Shown in pieces: positions 16,563-27,403 of a stretch of 64,000 nucleotides of DNA. Origin of the DNA: Patescibacteria group bacterium. Its GTDB lineage: Bacteria; Patescibacteriota; Minisyncoccia; Moranbacterales; JAKLHP01. Each line of letters opens with the position of its first letter. Position 1 is the stretch's first letter. The position numbers were made by a program, and so were the translations under genes. The stretch spans positions 3,092 through 67,091 of the forward strand of contig JAZDKA010000009.1 in assembly GCA_043803385.1 (NCBI GenBank), in the 5' to 3' direction. The notes under the pieces were generated by a model. That model did no database searches. It saw only the letters and a program-made list of their open reading frames with translations, and had not been told where the DNA came from.

Positions 16563-17690
16563 ATGAAAATTGGCATTGATGCTTCGCGGGCTTTTATCAA
16601 AAACCGCACTGGCATTGAAGAATATTCCTATCAAGTAATTAAGAACCTGATGAATAAGTTAGAAGAACATCAGGTTATTTTGTATATAAGGCGGAGTCAA
16701 AAGTCAAAAGTCGAAAGTCAAAAGCTTCCGGAAAGCTGGAGGATAAAAGTTATAAAATGGCCGTATTTATGGACTCAAGTCGGATTATCGCTGGAATTAT
16801 TTTTCCATACAGTAGACGTCTTATTTATTCCAGCGCATACTGTTCCCTGCATACATCCTAAAAACACAATAGTGACAATTCATGGTTTAGAATATGAATT
16901 TTGTCCTAAGGCATATTCATTTTGGGCAAGATTATATATGCGCTGGTCGATAAAAAATTCCTGCAAATGGGCAAAGACTATTATAGCTGTTTCTAATAAT
17001 ACCAAGAATGATTTAGTTAAATTATATAATGTTCCAGAAGAGAAAATAAACGTAGTATATGAAGGAACAAATTTAATTAAAAATTTAAAAATCAAAAATC
17101 AAAATGACAATTCAAAATTCAAAATTGATAAATACTTATTGTTTATTGGCAGATTAGAAAAGCGAAAAAATATTTTGGGAATAATTGAAGCTTTTGAAAT
17201 ATTAAAAGAAAAATATAAAATTCCGCATAAGTTAGTTTTAGCAGGTGAACCCGGATACGGATATCAAAATGCAAAAACCAAAATGCAAAAATCAAAATAT
17301 AGGAATGAAATTATTTTCAATGGATTTATTGGGGATGAGGAAAAATATAACTTACTGAAAAATGCGGATGTTTTTTTATTCCCCAGTTTTTATGAGGGCT
17401 TTGGATTGCCGATTTTAGAAGCGCAAAGTGCCGGCGTGCCGGTCGTAACGTCAAATATATCTTCGATACCCGAGATTACAGGAGCTAAGCTCCTTGAGCT
17501 CAAGGAGCTTAGCTCCTGTTCGGCAATATTGATAAATCCTAACAAACCAGATGAAATAGCCAAAGCGGCATACAAGTTTATTTCCGATGAAAATTTGAGA
17601 AATGATATAATAAATAAAGGGTTTGAGAATGTGAAAAGATTTAGTTGGGAGAAATGTGCAAATGAAATTAGCAAGCTAATTTTATGCTAA
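16563..17690 (+). CDS. Glycosyltransferase family 4 (with in-frame repeat and palindrome insertions)
   Basis: KIGIDASRAF N-terminus. EGFGLPILEAQSAGVPVVTS. Carries (GTCAAA)n at 16696-16727 and a 36-bp perfect palindrome at 17481-17516. Confidence 0.8.
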   Translation: MKIGIDASRAFIKNRTGIEEYSYQVIKNLMNKLEEHQVILYIRRSQKSKVESQKLPESWRIKVIKWPYLWTQVGLSLELFFHTVDVLFIPAHTVPCIHPKNTIVTIHGLEYEFCPKAYSFWARLYMRWSIKNSCKWAKTIIAVSNNTKNDLVKLYNVPEEKINVVYEGTNLIKNLKIKNQNDNSKFKIDKYLLFIGRLEKRKNILGIIEAFEILKEKYKIPHKLVLAGEPGYGYQNAKTKMQKSKYRNEIIFNGFIGDEEKYNLLKNADVFLFPSFYEGFGLPILEAQSAGVPVVTSNISSIPEITGAKLLELKELSSCSAILINPNKPDEIAKAAYKFISDENLRNDIINKGFENVKRFSWEKCANEISKLILC

Positions 17691-18850
17691 AAAAAGATTT
17701 AAAAATAGCATTAGTCCATGACTTTCTGGTTCAATATGGCGGGGCGGAGAGGGTTTTGGAAGTGATTTCAGAAATGTTTCCGGAAGCGCCGATTTATACA
17801 TTACTTTATGATAAAGAAAAACAAGGGAATAAATTCAGAAATAAGGAAATTCGAACTTCATATCTCCAAAAATTTCCCAAATTTTTGCGGAAGCATTATC
17901 AATGGCTCCTGCCTTTTTTCATGGTAGCTCCGGAAACGTTCGACCTTCGCGATTTTGATATGGTGATTTCCTCAACCGGAGCTTGGTCTAAGGGAATCAT
18001 CGCTAGGCTTAATACTATCCATATTTCATATCTTCATTCTCCGATGAGATTTGTCTGGGACCACAATGAAGAATATCTGAAAGAAGAAAAGAAAAGGTGC
18101 TTTTTTGCAAGAATTATATTAAATTATGTCCGGATGTGGGATAAATTGGCAGCAGAAAGACCGGATTATTTGATTGCTAATTCAAAATATACACAAAGCC
18201 GTATTTCTAAGTATTATCGCAGAAGCAGCACTGTTATATATCCGCCGGCATATGATGAAAATAAAGATTTTAAATTCCAAATTCCAAATCCTAAATCCGA
18301 AACAAATTTAAATAATCAAACTACAAACTACAAACTACAAGCTACAAACTATTTTTTGATTGTTTCCCGTCTTTCTCCTTATAAAAAAGTCGATTTGGCG
18401 ATTGAGGCTTTCAATAAATTGGGATTGCCGCTAGTAGTAATCGGAGAAGGAAAACAGAAAAAATATCTTGAGAAGATTGCTAAGGACAATATTAAAATTT
18501 TAGGCTGGGTTGATGAAAATAAATTAAGGGATTATTATTCTAAGGCTAGGGCTTTTATCTTTCCTTCCTGTGATGATTTCGGAATGACAATAGTGGAGGC
18601 AATGAGCTATGGAGTACCTGTTATTGCTTATGAAAAAGGAGGAGCGCTGGAAATAATTGAAGAAGGAAAAACCGGAGAATTTTTCGAGGCTCAAACGGCG
18701 GAAGTATTGGCAGACGGAGTGAGAAGATTAATGGAAAATGAAAATAATTACAAGAAAGAAGATATAATCAATAAAGCAAGGGAGTTTTCGGTTGATAGAT
18801 TTAAGAGAGAATTAAGAGAATTTATAAACAAAGTAATTAGATTTAACTAA
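17684..18850 (+). CDS. Glycosyltransferase family 4
   Basis: IALVHDFLVQYGGAERV. DDFGMTIVEAMSYGVPVIAYEKGGALEII. Contains CTACAAA repeat insert at 18319-18350. Confidence 0.8.
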   Translation: MLKKDLKIALVHDFLVQYGGAERVLEVISEMFPEAPIYTLLYDKEKQGNKFRNKEIRTSYLQKFPKFLRKHYQWLLPFFMVAPETFDLRDFDMVISSTGAWSKGIIARLNTIHISYLHSPMRFVWDHNEEYLKEEKKRCFFARIILNYVRMWDKLAAERPDYLIANSKYTQSRISKYYRRSSTVIYPPAYDENKDFKFQIPNPKSETNLNNQTTNYKLQATNYFLIVSRLSPYKKVDLAIEAFNKLGLPLVVIGEGKQKKYLEKIAKDNIKILGWVDENKLRDYYSKARAFIFPSCDDFGMTIVEAMSYGVPVIAYEKGGALEIIEEGKTGEFFEAQTAEVLADGVRRLMENENNYKKEDIINKAREFSVDRFKRELREFINKVIRFN

Positions 18851-19015
18851 TTTTATCCCGCAACAAATTTTTATATTGCCGGGATATAATCGAAACTATT
18901 AATTTCAAAAACGCCTAACGGCTTTCCTGGTTAATATTATAGATTTTTGTTAGAAATTTGTGCGGGATGCTCATTTTTCTAGCAAAAATTATAAATAATT
19001 TTTGAGAAAAATGGC

Positions 19016-19897
19016 ATGTTTATCGGAAACCAAAAAATAGTTCAGTTTTTATCTAAAGTAGCGGGGAGCAATAAAATCGCCCAAGCTTATCTTTTTTCCG
19101 GTCCGGAAAGAGTGGGAAAATTTACGCTAGCCAAAATTTTTGCCAAGAGCTTGATTCAAAGAAAACCATCGAAACTTGAAAATGACAATAAAAATATTCC
19201 AGATCTCATCATCATAGAACCGGAAGTAGAAGAAAAAAAAGGAGTTATCAAAGAAAAAGATATAAAAATAGAGAAAATACGGGAAATCCAAAAAGACCTT
19301 GCCTTGTTTCCATATAGCGGAAAATTCAAAGTTTTGATTATCAACAATGCCCATAGAATGACCGTTTCCGCCCAAAATGCCCTGCTTAAAATACTGGAAG
19401 AACCAAATGAAACTTCTGTCATTATTCTGATAACGCACGAGGAATCAAAAATACTTCCCACCATAAAATCGCGCTGCCAGAAACTCAGTTTTTCCCTAGC
19501 CAGTGCGGAAGAAATTGTGAACATTGTTTCTGATAGCAAAGAAGCCAAAAAATTAGCGGTATTTTCTATGGGACGGCCAGGATTAGCTTTGGAAATAAAA
19601 GAAAATAAAGATATTTTTGATTTAAGGAATGAACACCTGAACTGCCTTAACAGGTTTCACTCAATGGGAATAAATGAAAGATTCAATCTGTCCGAAAAAC
19701 TTTCTTCGAATATTTCCGAATTAATTAATTTTTTGGAATTCTGGGTATGGATAATTAGAATAGAAGCGCTGAAAAGGGGAGAAAGAAAATTTTTTAATTT
19801 TCAAACAATTGAAAAGATAGGGAAAAGTTTGGAAATAATAAAAAATACCAATGCTAACGTGAGATTAGTTATTGAAAATTTATTTTTAGAAATATAA
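19016..19897 (+). CDS. holB: DNA polymerase III subunit delta'
   Basis: AQAYLFSGPERVGKFTLAKIFAK (AAA+ Walker A-like), NALLKILEEP, TIKSRCQKLSF (SRC motif). Confidence 0.8.
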   Translation: MFIGNQKIVQFLSKVAGSNKIAQAYLFSGPERVGKFTLAKIFAKSLIQRKPSKLENDNKNIPDLIIIEPEVEEKKGVIKEKDIKIEKIREIQKDLALFPYSGKFKVLIINNAHRMTVSAQNALLKILEEPNETSVIILITHEESKILPTIKSRCQKLSFSLASAEEIVNIVSDSKEAKKLAVFSMGRPGLALEIKENKDIFDLRNEHLNCLNRFHSMGINERFNLSEKLSSNISELINFLEFWVWIIRIEALKRGERKFFNFQTIEKIGKSLEIIKNTNANVRLVIENLFLEI

Positions 19898-19898
19898 A

Positions 19899-20852
19899 AT
19901 GTTTTGGAGAAAAAAGAAAAACAAAAGACTGGATCTCGAATCAAGAGCTCCCAAGAAAAGGAGAAGCTTTTTTGAAAAGAAAGAAAAAGAAAGAAATAAT
20001 CCAGTTTTTTTAAGAATAGTTTCCAAAATGCTCCGGACAGTTTTTCTTGCTTTAGTCGGATATGTCTTGTTTTTTTCTCCTTTTCTGGAAATAAAAGAGA
20101 TATCCGTTAAGGGAATTTCAGAATTGAATTATGGCGATGTTCTCCAAAAAGCAGTTGGAATTTCCAAGGAAAAATATCTTCGCTTAATACCAAAGAATAA
20201 TTTGATAATTTTTCCTTCAAATAAAGCAGAAAGAGAGATATTGAATAGCTTTAAAAAAATAAGCTCCGTGGAAGTAAAAAAAGTTTTTCCTGACAGAATA
20301 GAGGTAGCAGTTGTTGAAAGAAAGTCTCTTTTGATTTGGTGTTCAGCTGGGCCATGCTACGTTATCGATGAAAACGGCTATGCTTACAATAACGCTGATT
20401 TTGAATCAGAAGAAATAAAGCAGAATAATTTGCTCACCATAATTGATGACAGCGCCAAGCCGGTAATTTTAGGGGAAAAAGTATTAAATAAGAACTATAT
20501 TGATTTCGTTTCCGATTCAGGAGACGAGCTTAATAAAGAATTAGGAATGAAAATAACAGGCGAGTACCGGACGAAGTCAAGAATAGCAGAAGAAATAAGA
20601 ATTAAAGCCGAAGAAGGATTTGAAATATTTTTTTCCACCAGCCTTCCAATGAGCGGAAGCATGCAAACGCTTAAAACGTTTTTGGAAAAGGAAATGGCAG
20701 GCAAAGATAAAAGCAAACTTGAATATATTGATCTTCGAGCGGAAAATAAAGTATATTACAAATTTAAAGACGGAGAATCACAAAATAACACAGAAACGCA
20801 ACAGCCAGCACAGCAAGATAATAAAAAAGATACGAAAAAGAAGAAAAACTAA
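19899..20852 (+). CDS. ftsQ: Cell division protein FtsQ/DivIB-like (TM + POTRA)
   Basis: Basic N-terminus, TM helix, LEIKEISVKGISELNYGDV, KVFPDRIEVAVVERK. Confidence 0.6.
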   Translation: MFWRKKKNKRLDLESRAPKKRRSFFEKKEKERNNPVFLRIVSKMLRTVFLALVGYVLFFSPFLEIKEISVKGISELNYGDVLQKAVGISKEKYLRLIPKNNLIIFPSNKAEREILNSFKKISSVEVKKVFPDRIEVAVVERKSLLIWCSAGPCYVIDENGYAYNNADFESEEIKQNNLLTIIDDSAKPVILGEKVLNKNYIDFVSDSGDELNKELGMKITGEYRTKSRIAEEIRIKAEEGFEIFFSTSLPMSGSMQTLKTFLEKEMAGKDKSKLEYIDLRAENKVYYKFKDGESQNNTETQQPAQQDNKKDTKKKKN

Positions 20853-20856
20853 TCGG

Positions 20857-20965
20857 AAATTTTCAATTTTCAATTTACAATTTTCAATCGATTTACAATT
20901 TTCAATTACCCAAACTTTGAAAATTAAAAATTTAGTTATTGAAAATTCATTGTAAATTAATCATT
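20857..20965. repeat. Array of direct and inverted ~15-mer repeats (TTTACAATTTTCAAT)
   Basis: Three direct copies of AATTTTCAAT/TTTACAATTTTCAAT. One inverted copy ATTGAAAATTCATTGTAAATT. Confidence 0.7.
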
Positions 20966-20970
20966 GATAA

Positions 20971-22068
20971 TTGAAATTTATGAAAATAGGTATTGTAGGA
21001 TTACCAAATGTAGGCAAGAGTACTCTTTTTAAAGCCTTGACCAGAAATCCGGTGGATATTAATAATTATCCATTTTGTACGATTGAGCCGAATGTAGGAA
21101 TTGTGAAAGTGCCCGATGAAAGGCTGGAAAAACTGGCTGAAATGTCAAAAAGCAAGAAAATTGTTCCGGCGATTGTGGAGTTTGTGGATATTGCCGGCTT
21201 GGTCAAGGGAGCAAGCGAAGGCGAAGGATTGGGCAATAAATTTTTGTCGCATATCCGGGAAGTGGACGCAATCATTGAAGTTGTCCGCGTGTTCGATAAT
21301 TCCAATATTATCCATGTCTATAATCGGGTAGATCCGCTGGAAGACATCGAAATAATAAATACGGAATTAATTTTGGCGGATTTGGAAACAGTTAAGAAAG
21401 TAGAGTCGAGGTTTGAAAAAGAGAAGAAAGGGAATGCTAAAGATGCGGATAAAAAACTGGAAATTGTTGGGGTTATTAAAAAAAATCTTGAAAGTGGAAA
21501 ATTAGCTATAGAATCGGAGATAGATTTAAAAGATGAAACTACAAAAATAGTTGTCAGGGAATTATCGCTTTTAACAATAAAACCATTTTTGTATGTCTAT
21601 AATGCTTGCCCCGTTAAATCCGACGAAGTCGGAGCGAAGCTGTTTAACGGGGTGTGTTACAAGCTTTTAGAAGAATTAATTGAGAGGAAGAACTTTATTG
21701 TTTTGGATATTAAGATTGAAGAGGAATTAAACGAAATGTCGAAAGAAGAAATTGAAGAAATGGAACTAAAAAGCAATATTAATGAACTAATATTAAAATC
21801 CTATGAACTTTTAGGCTTGATAACATTTTTAACTACTGGAGAAGACGAAAGCCGAGCTTGGACTATTGAAAATGGATCGACAGCACCGGAAGCCGGAGCG
21901 GCAATTCACAATGACTTTAAAGATAAATTTATCTGCGCTGATGTAATTTATTGGGAAAAGCTTCTGGAAGCCGGCTCTTGGACGAAAGCGCGGGAATTCG
22001 GCTGGCTAAGGACGGAAGGTAAAGAATATGTTGTGAGAGACGGGGATGTGGTAGAATTTAAGATTTAG
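20971..22068 (+). CDS. ychF: Ribosome-binding ATPase YchF
   Basis: KIGIVGLPNVGKSTLFKALT G1 motif. C-terminal TGS domain (VVRDGDVVEFKI). Confidence 0.95.
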   Translation: MKFMKIGIVGLPNVGKSTLFKALTRNPVDINNYPFCTIEPNVGIVKVPDERLEKLAEMSKSKKIVPAIVEFVDIAGLVKGASEGEGLGNKFLSHIREVDAIIEVVRVFDNSNIIHVYNRVDPLEDIEIINTELILADLETVKKVESRFEKEKKGNAKDADKKLEIVGVIKKNLESGKLAIESEIDLKDETTKIVVRELSLLTIKPFLYVYNACPVKSDEVGAKLFNGVCYKLLEELIERKNFIVLDIKIEEELNEMSKEEIEEMELKSNINELILKSYELLGLITFLTTGEDESRAWTIENGSTAPEAGAAIHNDFKDKFICADVIYWEKLLEAGSWTKAREFGWLRTEGKEYVVRDGDVVEFKI

Positions 22069-22092
22069 TCTTGACACGAAACAAAATATTTT

Positions 22093-22119
22093 CTAGAATG
22101 TATTAGCAGTCTATCGGAT
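22093..22119 (+). promoter_or_regulatory. CIRCE (HrcA operator) upstream of groEL
   Basis: TTAGCAGTC-N9-GATTGCTAA versus consensus TTAGCACTC-N9-GAGTGCTAA. Sits downstream of TTGACA-17-TAGAAT promoter. Confidence 0.7.
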
Positions 22120-22142
22120 AGATTGCTAAATTTTATAATTAA

Positions 22143-23858
<1,716 letters not shown>

Positions 23859-23908
23859 GACGCAGACTTACGCAGAATTTGTAAAGGATGAAATTTTAAA
23901 GACAGGGA

Positions 23909-24901
23909 ATGCGGAAAGTATTCCCTGTCTTTTTGTTTTGTGTTATAATTCAGATAATGAAAATTATAAATTTCGTAAGTAAATCGAATATAAAACGGGA
24001 AGCGGAGGATCTGGGCGTTTCTGTCTGGCAAACTCCGAGTTTTTTATTTTTAATAATGGGAATTTTCATAGTGATTGTTATGACTGTCGTCTATTATCTT
24101 TCCCGCTTTTATGATTCTCCGGAGATTTTGATTTTTAGCGAAAGCGCCGTAGTAATAGTCATTTTATCAATTGGAAATGTCATAATCCAAAGCATTGAGC
24201 AGATAGCCAGAGCCAATAAGATAAAATCAGAATTTATTACTATCGCCTCCCATCAGCTAAAAACGCCTCTTTCTCAAATAAACTGGGAGCTAGAGATACT
24301 TCTTTTTAAAAATAAAGAAGGATTAACTCCGAAACAGCTGGAATTAATAAATACGATAAAACAGTCCCATACAACAATGACTAGGCTGGTTAATGACCTT
24401 TTGGATGTGGCGAGAATCGACCAGGGGAAATTCATTCTTAATAAAGAAAAAATAAATATTATTGAAATTATTGATGAAATTATTGATAATAATAAAGTTT
24501 TGGCCAAAGCCAGCAATGTCGAGATAAATTTAATAAAACCGGAAAAAGTTCCGGGAATCTTGGCGGATAAAAAAAGAATCGGCGTGGCGATAGACAACCT
24601 TATTTCTAACGCAATAAAATACATAGAGAAAAAGGGACTTGTTGAGATAAAAATTAAGCCAGATGACAAAAATATCATTGTTTCTGTGAAAGATAGCGGA
24701 GTAGGAATACCAAAAAATCAGCAAGACAAAGTTTTCCAGAAGTTTTTTAGAAGCAATAACGTGGTAAAATATCAAACAGAGGGAACTGGATTAGGACTTT
24801 TTATAAGTAAAAATATTATAGAACAATCAGGAGGAAAAATATGGTTCAAATCGACAGAAAAAGAAGGATCTGATTTTTGTTTTTCATTGCCAATTAATTA
24901 A
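23909..24901 (+). CDS. Sensor histidine kinase (2 TM, HisKA + HATPase)
   Basis: ITIASHQLKTPLSQI H-box. DNLISNAIKY N-box. GTGLGLFISKNIIEQSGGKIW G2-box. Confidence 0.85.
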   Translation: MRKVFPVFLFCVIIQIMKIINFVSKSNIKREAEDLGVSVWQTPSFLFLIMGIFIVIVMTVVYYLSRFYDSPEILIFSESAVVIVILSIGNVIIQSIEQIARANKIKSEFITIASHQLKTPLSQINWELEILLFKNKEGLTPKQLELINTIKQSHTTMTRLVNDLLDVARIDQGKFILNKEKINIIEIIDEIIDNNKVLAKASNVEINLIKPEKVPGILADKKRIGVAIDNLISNAIKYIEKKGLVEIKIKPDDKNIIVSVKDSGVGIPKNQQDKVFQKFFRSNNVVKYQTEGTGLGLFISKNIIEQSGGKIWFKSTEKEGSDFCFSLPIN

Positions 24902-24989
24902 ACTCGCTAATTAAGAGCGAATTTAAAGCTAATGGATGCGAATATTGGCTCTAATTCGCCAACATTAGCTCTTCATTCGCGAGTATTTT

Positions 24990-25367
24990 ATGGAAAAAAA
25001 GAAACTATTAATCGTGGAAGATGACAGTATTTTGCAAAAAGCGCTTCAAGAATTTTTGTCAGAAGAAGGATTTGAAATTTTTAGCGCATTAGACGGAGAA
25101 GAAGGAGTAAAAATGGCTAAGGAGAACATGCCAGATTTAATTCTATTGGATATTATTCTTCCCAGGAAAGACGGCTATGAAGTTCTAAGAGAGTTAAAAG
25201 CCGAAGATTCTACAAAAAACATTCCGATAGTTCTTCTCACTAATCTCGGCAGCCTTAATGATGTCGAAAAGGCCATTGGGTTGGGTGCCACCACATACTT
25301 GATAAAAGCAGATTATAAACTCGAAGAAGTATCCAAGAAAATAAAAGAAGTATTAAAAATAGAGTAG
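24990..25367 (+). CDS. Stand-alone response-regulator receiver domain (CheY-like)
   Basis: KKLLIVEDD...DLILLDIILP...T.LG REC motifs. No output domain. Confidence 0.9.
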   Translation: MEKKKLLIVEDDSILQKALQEFLSEEGFEIFSALDGEEGVKMAKENMPDLILLDIILPRKDGYEVLRELKAEDSTKNIPIVLLTNLGSLNDVEKAIGLGATTYLIKADYKLEEVSKKIKEVLKIE

Positions 25368-25507
25368 CGATACGAACAATACGAACTATCATACGAATAT
25401 AACGAACAGTTCGCAGCATTCGTATTTACCCTGTTAAATCCCGCTAAGCGGGACGACCTCGTTGTATTCAACAGGGTGAATTCGTAGATTAGTGTCGCTA
25501 TAAATTT

Positions 25508-27265
25508 ATGAGAATTGAAAGTGAACGCCTTAGGGATTTCATACTAGACGCTAATCTTATAGACAAGGATAAGCTTGAGGAAGCTTATTCTGCTGCAACT
25601 AAGGAGGGAAAGCATTTGGGAGATCTTTTGCTGGAGAAAAAAATAGTGAGTGATATAGAACTTAGAAAACTATACGCATATATTTTAGGAATTCCTTATG
25701 TTGATTTGAGAAAAAATATAATATCTCCTGATATTTTACAAATTGTTCCCGAGCCCATTGCCAAAAAATACAACATTGTCGCCTTTGAAAAAATAGGAAA
25801 CGATCTCAAAGTCGCGATGCTTAATCCCGAAAATCTTCAGATCATAGACTTTATCAAAAAAAAGACTGGACTAAAAATTGTTCCCTGCCTGACTTCACTC
25901 GATAGCATTAAAGCGGTAATAAAGCAATATGAAAAAAGTCTTAAAGCTGAATTTGGAGACATAATAGAAAAAAGTTCACAGGAAATAACGGGACAAACCG
26001 AAGAGGAAAAAGAAAAAGATCTTGAAGAAATAGCCCAGGGACTTCCGGTAATCCGGATAATTGACACCTTACTTAAACATGCCATTTTGCAATCTGCCAG
26101 TGATATCCACATAGAACCCTGCGAAAAAGAGGTGATAGTGCGTTATAGGATAGATGGCATTCTTCACGACGCAATGACGCTTCCCCGAGAAGTTCTTTCG
26201 GGAATTGTAGCCAGGATTAAGGTATTATCTAATTTGAAATTAGATGAGCATCGGCTTCCTCAAGACGGAAGATTTAAAATCGAAAATGAAAATTATAAAT
26301 TCTCTCTGCGTGTAAGCATACTTCCTGTTTTTGACGGAGAGAAGGTTGTCATGAGACTTCTAGACGAATCATCTAAGGGTCTGACTCTGGAAAAAATGGG
26401 ACTTTCCGGAAAATCTTTAGAGATAGTCCACCAGGAAATTAAAAGGCCCAATGGGATGGTCTTGGTTACCGGGCCGACTGGAAGCGGAAAAACTACGACT
26501 CTCTATACCGTGATGGACATAATTAATACTCCGGATGTCAATATCAGCACCGTTGAAGACCCGATAGAGTACAGAATGCCAAGAGTAAATCAGACCCAAG
26601 TCAATCCTAAAATAGGCATGACTTTCGCTTCAGCGTTAAGGTCTTTGGTCCGCCAAGACCCAGATATTATTATGGTTGGAGAAATTAGGGACAAAGAAAC
26701 TCTGGAAATTGCCATTCACTCAGCGCTTACGGGACATCTAGTGCTTTCTACTCTTCACACCAATAGTGCCGCTGGAGCTCTCCCTAGGATGATAGATATG
26801 GGAGCGGAACCCTTTCTCATTGCTTCAACAGTTAATGTGATTATTGCCCAAAGATTGGTAAGAAAGCTTTGTCCTGAATGCAAAGCGGAATATACTTTGA
26901 CGGAAAAAGAAATAAAAACGCTAAAAAATACAGTCAATGTTGATGGAATTATGGAATATATGAAAAAAGAAAATGAATTGAGCAAAATAGTCAAATCAGC
27001 TAGCAGTTTGTCTGATATTAAATTTTATAAGCCGAAAGGATGTGATCAATGCGGAAATGAAGGATACCATGGAAGAATTGGTATTTTTGAGGTTTTGGAT
27101 GTCAATGAAGATATTGAAAAAATGATAGTGGGACTAGCTTCAACGGAAACAATTGAGAGAAAAGCAAAGGAAAATGGAATGGCCACAATGATCGAAGATG
27201 GATTTGCCAAGGCAGTCCAAGGAATAACTTCAATTGAGGAAGTTTTGAGAGTAACCAAGGAATAA
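25508..27265 (+). CDS. pilB: Type IV pilus assembly ATPase PilB (GspE family)
   Basis: GSPII_E N-domain, VTGPTGSGKTTTLY Walker A, Asp and His boxes, CxxC...CxxC. Confidence 0.9.
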   Translation: MRIESERLRDFILDANLIDKDKLEEAYSAATKEGKHLGDLLLEKKIVSDIELRKLYAYILGIPYVDLRKNIISPDILQIVPEPIAKKYNIVAFEKIGNDLKVAMLNPENLQIIDFIKKKTGLKIVPCLTSLDSIKAVIKQYEKSLKAEFGDIIEKSSQEITGQTEEEKEKDLEEIAQGLPVIRIIDTLLKHAILQSASDIHIEPCEKEVIVRYRIDGILHDAMTLPREVLSGIVARIKVLSNLKLDEHRLPQDGRFKIENENYKFSLRVSILPVFDGEKVVMRLLDESSKGLTLEKMGLSGKSLEIVHQEIKRPNGMVLVTGPTGSGKTTTLYTVMDIINTPDVNISTVEDPIEYRMPRVNQTQVNPKIGMTFASALRSLVRQDPDIIMVGEIRDKETLEIAIHSALTGHLVLSTLHTNSAAGALPRMIDMGAEPFLIASTVNVIIAQRLVRKLCPECKAEYTLTEKEIKTLKNTVNVDGIMEYMKKENELSKIVKSASSLSDIKFYKPKGCDQCGNEGYHGRIGIFEVLDVNEDIEKMIVGLASTETIERKAKENGMATMIEDGFAKAVQGITSIEEVLRVTKE

Positions 27266-27403
27266 ATACGAAATACGAAATCCGAAGCACGAAACAAATT
27301 CAAAATTATAATTTTTGAATAACCAAAACATTTTTGTCATTTGAATTTAGATATTGGATATTGTTTCGAATTTCGAGTTTTGATATTCGGATTTAAAATC
27401 GTT

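Noticed and set aside
20857-20965. Possible CRISPR array
   Set aside because: Repeat units are only ~15 nt with no unique spacers of CRISPR length. No cas genes nearby.
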